A program made the translations under genes and the position numbers. From an uncultured delta proteobacterium (GTDB lineage: Bacteria > Desulfobacterota > Desulfobacteria > Desulfobacterales > SpSt-501): 64,000 bases of DNA. Below, piece after piece: positions 30,777 to 38,172 of the stretch; the first letter of the stretch is position 1, and each line of letters starts with the position of its first letter. The stretch is taken from NCBI GenBank assembly GCA_963716325.1, contig CAVQTH010000023.1:65155-129154 (forward strand), given 5' to 3'. Under the pieces are notes generated by a model. The model did no database searches, was not told where the DNA came from, and was given only the letters and a program-made list of their open reading frames with translations.

Positions 30777-30802
30777 AACAATATTCGTAGGAGGACTGCG
30801 AG

Positions 30803-31045
30803 ATGAAACTGGACCGCATCACAATAGACCCTGACAAAATGAACGGGCAGCCGTGCGTTCGGAACATGCGCCTGACCGTCAAGCGCATTGTGGAGCTGGC
30901 GGCGCTGTATCCCAATCGCAAGGAGCTGCTGCGGGAATACCCCGAGCTTGAGGATGAGGATATCCGTCAAGCGCTGACCTATGTGGCCACCTACCTGGAT
31001 GACCGAATCGTCGAGCTGCCCTTGAACCATGAAACTGCTGCTTGA
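30803..31045 (+). CDS. DUF433 domain protein (putative antitoxin)
   Basis: ITIDPDKMNGQPCVRNMRLTV..., the typical DUF433 core. Strong RBS. Overlaps the downstream PIN-like gene. Confidence 0.75.
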   Translation: MKLDRITIDPDKMNGQPCVRNMRLTVKRIVELAALYPNRKELLREYPELEDEDIRQALTYVATYLDDRIVELPLNHETAA

Positions 31046-31397
31046 CCAAGGGCTGCCCCGATCGGCGGCCATGCTGCTAAGAGAGGGCGGGATCGACACG
31101 CTGCACGTGGGCGAAATCGGCCTTGCGGCCGCTGCTGACGATGAAATCCTCCAGAGGGGACGGCAGGAGGGCCGTGTGGTCGTCACTCTGGACGCCGACT
31201 TTCATTCTCTGCTTGCATTTTCGAAAGCCGTCTCTCCTTCGGTGATCCGCATACGAATCGAGGGATTGACGGGGCCGGTGGCGGCGAACGTAATAAGAGA
31301 GGCGGTCTTGCGCAGCAAAGAGGATCTGGAAAACGGCGCGCTTGTGACGGTGCAGCCCGGCCGGATCCGAATCAGGCGATTGCCGCTTTCAGCTTAG
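31029..31397 (+). CDS. DUF5615-family PIN-like nuclease (putative toxin)
   Basis: MKLLLDQGLP...DDEIL...VVVTLDADF pattern of Mut7-C/PIN-like DUF5615. Overlaps the DUF433 gene by 17 nt. Confidence 0.7.
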   Translation: MKLLLDQGLPRSAAMLLREGGIDTLHVGEIGLAAAADDEILQRGRQEGRVVVTLDADFHSLLAFSKAVSPSVIRIRIEGLTGPVAANVIREAVLRSKEDLENGALVTVQPGRIRIRRLPLSA

Positions 31398-31434
31398 AGA
31401 ATCCGCCGGCGGTTCCCGCGGGCGAAAGCGCGCG

Positions 31435-32454
31435 TCACTTCATCGCCCGAACGTTGTCCACTACCTTCTTCAAAACTCCCATGTCGTGCTCGGCGTAGTG
31501 CTTTTTCGTGATTGCTACGTTTGAATGGCGGAGAAGCGCGCTGATCTGGTTCATATCGACGCCTGCCTTTGACAGGGCCATCCCAAGCGAGTGCCTCCCC
31601 GCGTTGTTCAGCGGAAAGTATCCTACGCCCGCCTCTTTGCATGCCGCGTTCCATATATCGTAGATGTTCTTTTTGTAGACGCGCCCGGTGTCCGGATTGA
31701 TGAAAACGTATGGCGTGAGGTTTTGGCCGGCGGCCTCGATGGCGATCCGTGCTCCCTCTGTAAGCGGTATTGCCTCCTCTCGCGACTGCTTGACGATTTG
31801 CCAGACCTCACCGCCGTCCGCGCTCGGCGCGAACGTCCCCGCTATGACGATGCAATCACGCTGCACGTCAGCTTTCCGCAATGCACGGGCCTCCGAGACC
31901 CTACAGCCCGTTGCAAACAGGAAGGCATAGATCGGTCTATGCCTCACCGGGATCTTCTCAAGAACGGCCGCTTGTGTGTCGGCGTCGAGGTATTTGATCT
32001 TCTTCTGGTCGAGCTTGATGGGGATCAGCGCCGGCACTTGCGAAAGATACCCGTTTTCTCGTGCGTCCCGCAGGATCTCGAAAAGCAGCGCCTGGATGTT
32101 TTTTTTGTACTTGGGGGATTTAGGGATGGCGTTCAGAAACCGCTTGATCTTTTCATGCGACAGGTCCTCCCAGCCCCGCGGTTTGCCCTCGAACCATCCG
32201 CCTAGCAGCTTCTCGCCCTCGAGAATCAGACCGTTGGAATAGCGCAGCTCGCCGCCTTGCTTCTGGACGATGATCCCGGACTTCCATCCGACGCAGTCCT
32301 CCGACTTGCGCGCCTGGTAGCGCAGCTTGTCGATCGAGACGATGATCGCCGCGGGGTCGTTCGTGTATTTAACGAGATAGCAGTCCTTGTTGAAGGGATT
32401 GAGGCTGCGGGCGCGGCAGATGTGCATGAAGAAGATGACTTCCTGGTCGGTCAA
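31435..32454 (-). CDS. tyrosine integrase with an in-frame N-terminal Bet/RecT-like fragment (chimeric ORF, TTG start)
   Basis: The C-terminal two-thirds is a tyrosine recombinase (FATGCRVSEARAL, AGRHSLG, LLRHSNVAITKKHY). The N-terminal ~100 aa (LTDQEVIFFMHICRARSLNPFNKDCYLVKY...IIVSID) resembles the Bet/RecT annealase core. No ATG precedes it. Confidence 0.8.
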   Translation of the reverse strand: MTDQEVIFFMHICRARSLNPFNKDCYLVKYTNDPAAIIVSIDKLRYQARKSEDCVGWKSGIIVQKQGGELRYSNGLILEGEKLLGGWFEGKPRGWEDLSHEKIKRFLNAIPKSPKYKKNIQALLFEILRDARENGYLSQVPALIPIKLDQKKIKYLDADTQAAVLEKIPVRHRPIYAFLFATGCRVSEARALRKADVQRDCIVIAGTFAPSADGGEVWQIVKQSREEAIPLTEGARIAIEAAGQNLTPYVFINPDTGRVYKKNIYDIWNAACKEAGVGYFPLNNAGRHSLGMALSKAGVDMNQISALLRHSNVAITKKHYAEHDMGVLKKVVDNVRAMK

Positions 32455-32528
32455 GCGGAGTGACGCCGCGCTCGAACGCCGGCTCTTGATGTTCGGTTTC
32501 CGCCGCAGGGTTCAATGCCGCCGAAAAA

Positions 32529-33098
32529 TCAATCATGGTCTGCCTCCTTGCATGGGTGGAAGTAACGATACGCCGTCAACGCGGAGAGAAACGCCTGGAA
32601 GTCCCGGTCGCTCGACGGGTAGATCACGGCTTTGGGCATGCCGCCGTCCGGCCGCAGCATCAGCGCGACGGCGAGGGGGCGCAGCATGTGCCCCAGGTGC
32701 CGGTAGGATTTCGACGATAGGTGCCGGTAGGCTGCGATCTGCGACTTCCAGGTCGGGGATTCGACGGCCGGGGTCTTGTAGTCCACGACGGCCCCGGCGC
32801 CGGAAACAAGCCGGCAGATCAGGTCCGGATGCCCCTTGTAGCCCAGGGCCTCGTCGACGAGCTCGGGCTCAACGTCGATCACGTCCCGGACCATTTCATC
32901 GAGCCAGGTCTCAAGCGATTGCAGATAGCCCTCGTCGCCAGGCTCAAGGGGGGTCACCTGGAACACGTCGGAGAGGCGGGCAGCAGCTGCAGCGTGGATC
33001 CGTCTGCCACGGGCCGCCGCCTCCTCAAGGGTTTTTGGAGGGACGCCGGAAAAATCAGAAAACGGCCGCAGGACCTCCGTCACGCTCAGAATCTTCAT
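32529..33098 (-). CDS. RecB-family PD-(D/E)XK exonuclease (phage Exo-like)
   Basis: GHPDLI...VVDYKT...SQIAAY (D, D-x-K and QxxxY motifs). Lies directly upstream of the Bet-like fragment, in the position of lambda exo. Confidence 0.65.
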   Translation of the reverse strand: MKILSVTEVLRPFSDFSGVPPKTLEEAAARGRRIHAAAAARLSDVFQVTPLEPGDEGYLQSLETWLDEMVRDVIDVEPELVDEALGYKGHPDLICRLVSGAGAVVDYKTPAVESPTWKSQIAAYRHLSSKSYRHLGHMLRPLAVALMLRPDGGMPKAVIYPSSDRDFQAFLSALTAYRYFHPCKEADHD

Positions 33099-33343
33099 GG
33101 GTCATTTGCCCTGGATAGGGCGCACCTATCCTGTTGGTGCTGAAAAACCTTCCTGAATCCGGTTGCTCTGCCTGGCGAGGACTTAACGGCTCGGAAGCCT
33201 AATCCGTCGCATCTGAGAGCGGCGGGGCTCACAGCTGGGGCCGCGGATACCGGCTGCGGCTCGTGCTCGCTTGCCCGCCAGAAAGCCCTACTTGCCGCCG
33301 CAACCGCTATGCGAGAGGGGCAGCTTTCCGGCTTTTAATGTCA

Positions 33344-33372
33344 ATTATAATAACATTAAATGTCAGTGTCAA
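33344..33372 (-). promoter_or_regulatory. PL-like early-left promoter (TTGACA-17-TATAAT) with embedded operator
   Basis: On the minus strand, TTGACA (33372-33367) and TATAAT (33349-33344) with a 17-nt spacer containing the palindrome ACATTTAATGT. It is a mirror copy of the PR module. Confidence 0.7.
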
Positions 33373-33470
33373 GAACATTTGAATGGATTTAAAAAGCAGG
33401 GGCGGGGAGCCGTTAGGAAATGTTTCGGGCCTGGTCCGATTCCGATGCGGGCACTTTTGTTGGAGGGTGG

Positions 33471-33935
33471 CTATGCGGCCCGGTTGTTGGTCGCCTCGCT
33501 GTTCGACGGTACGATGGGCCTGCGCAGCTTTTTGGGGTTCACTTCCGGCGGATCTCCGGTGCGGCGGTCAAGAAAATAGCGTTGAGAAATATGGGTTAAG
33601 GTGATTTCTAAATTACGGATCTTGTCCTTGTGTTCTGAAAGTTCTTTCCTTGACTCTGCTAACTCTTTGTAAAGATTTAATAATTCTGATGATTGCTGAG
33701 GCGTGTCAAAGTCGGTCCCAAAAATATCCTTGATGCACTCTCCCATGTCCTTCGCGGACAGGTTGTTTTTCATCATGCTCAACAATTTACCGATCTCGTC
33801 GGCCGTCCAGGGAGTCGCCCCGCTCAGCTTTTGAGTGATCGAAGAATGGGTCTTGAAGCCAAAGACAAGGGCGACATCGCGCTGCTTTAAGCCTGCCTTT
33901 TTAAACCATTTTTTTAGGATAGCAGGATTGAACAT
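33471..33935 (-). CDS. phage repressor-like HTH protein (CI analogue, no S24 peptidase domain)
   Basis: HTH LKQRDVALVFGFKTHSSITQKLSG. Divergent from the cro-like gene. AGGAGG RBS. Confidence 0.6.
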   Translation of the reverse strand: MFNPAILKKWFKKAGLKQRDVALVFGFKTHSSITQKLSGATPWTADEIGKLLSMMKNNLSAKDMGECIKDIFGTDFDTPQQSSELLNLYKELAESRKELSEHKDKIRNLEITLTHISQRYFLDRRTGDPPEVNPKKLRRPIVPSNSEATNNRAA

Positions 33936-33953
33936 GGCTCCTCCTAAATGTTC

Positions 33954-33982
33954 TTGACAGTAACATTTAATGTCAATATAAT
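33954..33982 (+). promoter_or_regulatory. PR-like early-right promoter (TTGACA-17-TATAAT) with overlapping operators
   Basis: TTGACA at 33954-33959 and TATAAT at 33977-33982. The palindrome ACATTTAATGT lies in the spacer. The perfect palindrome TGTCAAT-ATA-ATTGACA (33971-33987) lies across the -10 box. Confidence 0.75.
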
Positions 33983-34019
33983 TGACATATTGTTAGCGTT
34001 CTATGAAAAAGGCCAAACC

Positions 34020-34208
34020 ATGAAAGACACTGCAAATATTGTCAAGCAAACCAGAAAGGTTTTGGGACTGACGCAGAAGCAGTTCGCTGAGCTCCTGGGA
34101 GTGAAGCGGGGCCGGGTGGCTTCCTACGAAACCAGCCGCAGCGAGCCGCCGGGCAGCCTGATGTTGCGGATCATCGAGCTGGCCAACAACCAGCGCGACG
34201 CGGCCTAA
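34020..34208 (+). CDS. XRE-family HTH protein (Cro-like)
   Basis: LGLTQKQFAELLGVKRGRVASYE HTH. ATG 34020 lies downstream of PR. The track start at 33948 lies upstream of the promoter. Confidence 0.7.
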   Translation: MKDTANIVKQTRKVLGLTQKQFAELLGVKRGRVASYETSRSEPPGSLMLRIIELANNQRDAA

Positions 34209-34291
34209 GCCCGGAGGTGCGGAGCCGTTATAAGCTCCAAAATGCTTTCGGCGTCCTGCCTATCCAAGGTGCGATTCAGAAAGGGGGAAGT

Positions 34292-34501
34292 ATGGCGGGA
34301 AAAAAGGAAGTGATTCACAACTTCAAGGCCTGCGAATCCTTCTCGGAATGGATAAACCGGGCGGTCGTGATTCTCGACCGACCAAAGTCCGAAGTCATCC
34401 GATGCTGCCTCCTGCTCTCCCTGCCCACGCTGTGTGCCAACCCCTCCCTGATCGATCACACGCGGTTCGAAGATACCAGAAAGGATCTGTTCTGTCAGTA
34501 A
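34292..34501 (+). CDS. small phage regulatory protein, possibly ribbon-helix-helix
   Basis: MAGKKEVIHNFKACESFSEWINRAVVILDRPKSEVIR resembles an Arc/CopG strand-helix-helix. AAGGGGGA RBS before ATG 34292. Confidence 0.4.
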   Translation: MAGKKEVIHNFKACESFSEWINRAVVILDRPKSEVIRCCLLLSLPTLCANPSLIDHTRFEDTRKDLFCQ

Positions 34502-34549
34502 ATTTCTGGTTCATCGCCGGACCGTAGCGGGGTAGACGAAAGTAAGACG

Positions 34550-35329
34550 ATGGGAGCGGAAAAGGAAGCCGAACACAGCCCGCAGGTTGAGGACGGCTAT
34601 ACCCGGATAGCCAATGAGCTGCTTGAGGCTTTGATTGATATCCGGATGCCGGGCGAGGTCCGCAGGGTATTCGACTACATTTTGCGTATGACCTACGGCT
34701 ACCATCGCAAAACGTTTGATACGACCCAGCGCAAAATTTCGCGGAGGCTGAACACAAGCCAGCAAAGGGTCTTTGAGGCCCTGCGCTGGCTGACCAGGGC
34801 GAATATGGTTGTCAACACGAAAAACCGTGTCGATCTGAGTCCTGACTGTCTGACTACATTGGGTATCCAGAAGCGATACCGGCTATGGAGTCCAACACGG
34901 AAAACCGTGTCGACACGAAAAAGCGTGTTAAGCCGAAACGTAAAACCGTGTTGTATCAACACGGAAAAGCGTGTCTTTACCTATAAAGAAAATTCTAAAG
35001 ATAATTTTAAAGAAAAGGGAATGGGCGCGTTAGACGCGCCTCCCTCGCTCGGTTCTGATAACAAAGAAGAAAATCCGCTTAAAAAACGCCGGCAGCTTCC
35101 GCCCGATTTCTCCCTCACCGATGAACTGAAAGTCTACGCCGAAGGGCAGGGCATCAACGGAAACAGGGTTGAATCCGTGTTCGCCCACTTCTGCGACCAC
35201 CACCGGGCGAAAGGGTCTGTCATGCTCGACTGGACGGCTGCCTGGCGGACCTGGGTCCGGAACGAAATGCGATTCAACCGCGGGAAAGTAGATAAAACGC
35301 GCCCTCCGGAGGACCTGCTGAAATGGTGA
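34550..35329 (+). CDS. phage replication initiator (lambda O-like N-terminal domain)
   Basis: EDGYTRIANELLEALI...RVFDYILRMTYGY is typical of the phage O-protein N-terminal domain. The gene contains iterons and an AT-rich tract internally. Confidence 0.75.
   Translation: MGAEKEAEHSPQVEDGYTRIANELLEALIDIRMPGEVRRVFDYILRMTYGYHRKTFDTTQRKISRRLNTSQQRVFEALRWLTRANMVVNTKNRVDLSPDCLTTLGIQKRYRLWSPTRKTVSTRKSVLSRNVKPCCINTEKRVFTYKENSKDNFKEKGMGALDAPPSLGSDNKEENPLKKRRQLPPDFSLTDELKVYAEGQGINGNRVESVFAHFCDHHRAKGSVMLDWTAAWRTWVRNEMRFNRGKVDKTRPPEDLLKW
34815..35015. repeat. putative phage origin: five palindromic iterons ACACG-N6-CGTGT plus an AT-rich tract
   Basis: Iterons at 34815-34830, 34895-34910, 34913-34928, 34937-34951 (degenerate) and 34959-34974. 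AT-rich tract at 34975-35015. Confidence 0.7.
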
Positions 35330-35883
35330 ACGATAAGAAAAACTCAACCTACGATGAGTTTTTGAGGTTCGCCGCCAAGCTGATCGACATCTTTGACCTT
35401 GATTGGAGTAAGTATCATCCCCGCATCGATGCCGCCTATGATTTTCTGCAGCATATCCCGGAAATCGCCTTTCGGGGCATGTACCCGATTGCGGTTGACT
35501 CCTGGAACGGCTGGCCGCGGAATTTCCCGCGGGCGGTCAAGGAAGTATATGAAACCTGGCGCCACCAAAATCAGCAGGTGGCAGCTCATTCCCTCGCCCC
35601 CTGCAATTACTGCAACGGGCACGGTTTTTTTACCGGCATCAAGCGCGTCGAGGTCAAACCCGGCGTGCGAATTTCCTTCCGCTTCACCTTCCGCTGCTCT
35701 GCCTGCAGCAACTGGCGCGGGGTTTTCGGCGAGAAGATCCCGGCCGCCTGGCCCCTTGAGCTCAAGACCCACGGCTACGAGATAGACATCTACCCCAAGC
35801 CCTACGAGCCGGCTCCTCCGCCGGCTGTCAAACAACCCGGCAGCTTCCCAAGCCGGGCCTATCAGAACCCTTACGTCGATTAA
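35323..35883 (+). CDS. phage hypothetical protein with Cys-rich motif (CNYCNGHG ... CSACSNW)
   Basis: ATG overlaps the O-gene stop. Occupies the position of a replication accessory (P-like) gene, but no recognisable motifs. Confidence 0.5.
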   Translation: MVNDKKNSTYDEFLRFAAKLIDIFDLDWSKYHPRIDAAYDFLQHIPEIAFRGMYPIAVDSWNGWPRNFPRAVKEVYETWRHQNQQVAAHSLAPCNYCNGHGFFTGIKRVEVKPGVRISFRFTFRCSACSNWRGVFGEKIPAAWPLELKTHGYEIDIYPKPYEPAPPPAVKQPGSFPSRAYQNPYVD

Positions 35884-36035
35884 ACCCCCTTTTTTAGAGG
35901 CATTTGAGGTGGCCGAAATGGAACAAACCGAAGCTGAACGTACAAGCGCTATCAGATCCCTGCAGCCGGCTCATGCCCAGGCCCGGGGTTGAGCGATTTC
36001 ATCCGAACCAATAGCCACTCAAGGAGGAAAACGCC

Positions 36036-36242
36036 ATGCTTTGCCCAAAATGCGGAGAGGACAAATCGACCATGCTGCGCAAGGTGCCGTTTGACGATGG
36101 CGCCGACCTGCGGATCCGTCGTTGCAAATCCTGCGGCCACGTTTACCACACAACCGAACGGTTATCGGGGTCGTTTGATACGGCAGCACTGTCGAAATCA
36201 TCGAAATCGACGGCGCCGTCGGCACCGACGCGGGCGGCTTGA
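36036..36242 (+). CDS. NrdR/Ogr-like zinc-ribbon protein (possible late-gene regulator)
   Basis: MLCPKCG...RRCKSCGHVYHTTE is a CxxC-N-CxxC ribbon like the NrdR N-terminus. Strong AAGGAGGA RBS. Lies just before the packaging module. Confidence 0.55.
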   Translation: MLCPKCGEDKSTMLRKVPFDDGADLRIRRCKSCGHVYHTTERLSGSFDTAALSKSSKSTAPSAPTRAA

Positions 36243-36410
36243 CGGTATTTGCAGACATGCGAAAATATGCACGCAACATGGCCGGGCCGCTTCCCTCCCA
36301 GAAGCCTCCATCTCCCTCCCGGCCATTCTCCCGCAGCTGCCGGCGGGGGCCGTTCAGGCAAGGGCCGCAAATGAAGGGCGAGCCCCCGCCGGCTTTGCAT
36401 AAGGGGCGCG

Positions 36411-36884
36411 ATGGCTGCGAAGAAGAAACGAAAGGCCAATGGCAGGCCCAGCAAACTGACGCCAAAGCTCAGACGCAAACTGCTCCGGCTTGCCGAGGAG
36501 GGGCTTTCAGTCGAACAGCTGGCGATCGCCTGCGACGTGGCAGTCCAGACGGTCTACAACTGGCAGAAGGACCCGGAGTTTCAAGAGCAGCTGAAGGCCT
36601 CCAAGCAGCTCGCCGATCAGAAGGTCGTCGTTTCCCTTTACCGCCGGGCCTGCGGTTACTCCCACCCCGAGGACAAAATTTTCCAGTACGAAGGCGAGCC
36701 CGTGATCGTCCCGACGACCAAGCACTACCCACCGGACACCGAGGCTGCCCGATTCTGGCTGACCAACCGGCTGCCGGAGGAATGGTCGAACAGACAGAAG
36801 ACCGAGCTCTCCGGCAACGTGGTTTTTGAGATCGTTGATTATGCCAACGCCGACCAAAACAATCCGCCAGCGAATCCCGTATAA
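36411..36884 (+). CDS. terminase small subunit
   Basis: N-terminal GRPSKLTPKLRRKL plus an HTH, then the YPPDTEAARFWLTNRLPEEW motif common in TerS proteins. Immediately precedes TerL. Confidence 0.8.
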   Translation: MAAKKKRKANGRPSKLTPKLRRKLLRLAEEGLSVEQLAIACDVAVQTVYNWQKDPEFQEQLKASKQLADQKVVVSLYRRACGYSHPEDKIFQYEGEPVIVPTTKHYPPDTEAARFWLTNRLPEEWSNRQKTELSGNVVFEIVDYANADQNNPPANPV

Positions 36885-38172
36885 TTTCGAGCCGCGGGCG
36901 TATCAGATCCCCCTCGTGGCTGCGATGGACCGCGGCTGCAAACGGGCGGTCTGTGTGTGGCATCGGCGCGCCGGCAAGGACAAGGTCTGTTTCAACTACC
37001 TGGTGAAGCGCGCAGCCCGCGAGCCGGGCAACTACTACTACTATTTCCCCAAGCTGAACCAGGGCCGCAAAATCCTTTGGGAGGGGATCGACAAAACAGG
37101 GCTGCGAACCCTCGATCATGTGCCGAAGGAGCTCATCGCCGGCAAAAGCGACACCGAAATGCGTCTGGAGCTCACGAAAGGGAGCATCATCCGGGTTATC
37201 GGGACCGATCACTCGGAGGTCGTCGGCCCGAACCCGAGAGGCTGCGTCTTCTCCGAGTATTCCCTCCAGGACCCATCCGCTTGGAACCTCGTCCGGCCAA
37301 TCCTGATCGAAAACGGCGGCTGGGCGATCTTCAACATGACCCCCCGCGGCATGAACCACGGCTTCGATCTCTGGAACATCGCGCAGAAGAACCCCGAGGC
37401 CTGGTTTTCCTCGCTGCTAACAATCGACGATACGCGGCGCGAAGACGGCCTGCCGGTCATTTCCCGCGAGCAGTACGAGGCTGAGATCCGCGACGGCATG
37501 GAGGAGGATCTCGCCCGGCAGGAGTTCTATTGCAGCTGGACCTCCCCACGCTCGGGGACGATTTTTGCCCGGACCATCGAGGAGCTCGATCGGGACGGGC
37601 GCCTTACAAACGTCCCCTGGGATCCGGCGCTGGCGGTTCACACGGCCTGGGATCTTGGGATCGACGACGCGATGGCGATCTGGTTCATCCAACGCGCCGG
37701 CCGCGAAACCCGGTTAATCGATTACGAGGAGGGCCACGGCGCAGGCCTGGAGCACTACGCGAAGCTGCTCAGGGAAAAGCCCTACACCTACGGCAAGCAC
37801 ATCGGCCCGCATGACATCGAGGTCCGGGAGCTCGGCACCGGACGAAGCCGCAAGGAGGTTGCCGAGGGCCTGGGCATCAGGTTCGAGGTTGCCCCGAAGC
37901 TGCCGCTGCAGGACGGGATCCAGGCGGTCCGGGTGCTTCTGCGCTCCTGCTGGATCGACAAAACCAAGTGCGCGAAAGGGATCCTGGCGCTGCGGTCCTA
38001 CCACCGGGAATGGGACGAGAAGCTCAGGATCTACGGCCTGACCCCCGAGCATGACTGGAGCTCGCATGCCTGCGACGGGCTCAGGACTTATGCGGTCGGC
38101 GGCCCGCGGTTTGTTGAAGGAGAAACGCAATGGACACCGAAGCAAAGCCTGCGGAGCTGGATGGCGGCGTAA
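36841..38172 (+). CDS. terminase large subunit
   Basis: Walker-A-like HRRAGKDK. C-terminal nuclease end motif HDWSSHACDGLRTY. Overlaps the TerS end. Confidence 0.85.
   Translation: MPTPTKTIRQRIPYNFEPRAYQIPLVAAMDRGCKRAVCVWHRRAGKDKVCFNYLVKRAAREPGNYYYYFPKLNQGRKILWEGIDKTGLRTLDHVPKELIAGKSDTEMRLELTKGSIIRVIGTDHSEVVGPNPRGCVFSEYSLQDPSAWNLVRPILIENGGWAIFNMTPRGMNHGFDLWNIAQKNPEAWFSSLLTIDDTRREDGLPVISREQYEAEIRDGMEEDLARQEFYCSWTSPRSGTIFARTIEELDRDGRLTNVPWDPALAVHTAWDLGIDDAMAIWFIQRAGRETRLIDYEEGHGAGLEHYAKLLREKPYTYGKHIGPHDIEVRELGTGRSRKEVAEGLGIRFEVAPKLPLQDGIQAVRVLLRSCWIDKTKCAKGILALRSYHREWDEKLRIYGLTPEHDWSSHACDGLRTYAVGGPRFVEGETQWTPKQSLRSWMAA

Noticed and set aside
31591-32205. 204-aa plus-strand ORF inside the integrase gene
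   Set aside because: Antisense to the integrase catalytic domain, with no motifs.
33099-33336. 47-codon GTG ORF in the PL leader ending in an ATGA overlap with the exonuclease start (possible xis/N-like gene)
   Set aside because: The translation (VSPAALRCDGLGFRAVKSSPGRATG...) has no HTH or other motif and no RBS. In this GC-rich DNA it is likely to be spurious.
36239-37359. Overlapping ORFs 36239..36829 (+) and 36469..37359 (-) around the terminase genes
   Set aside because: Out of frame or antisense to TerS and TerL, which have clear family motifs. Their composition is Arg/Pro/Gly-rich.
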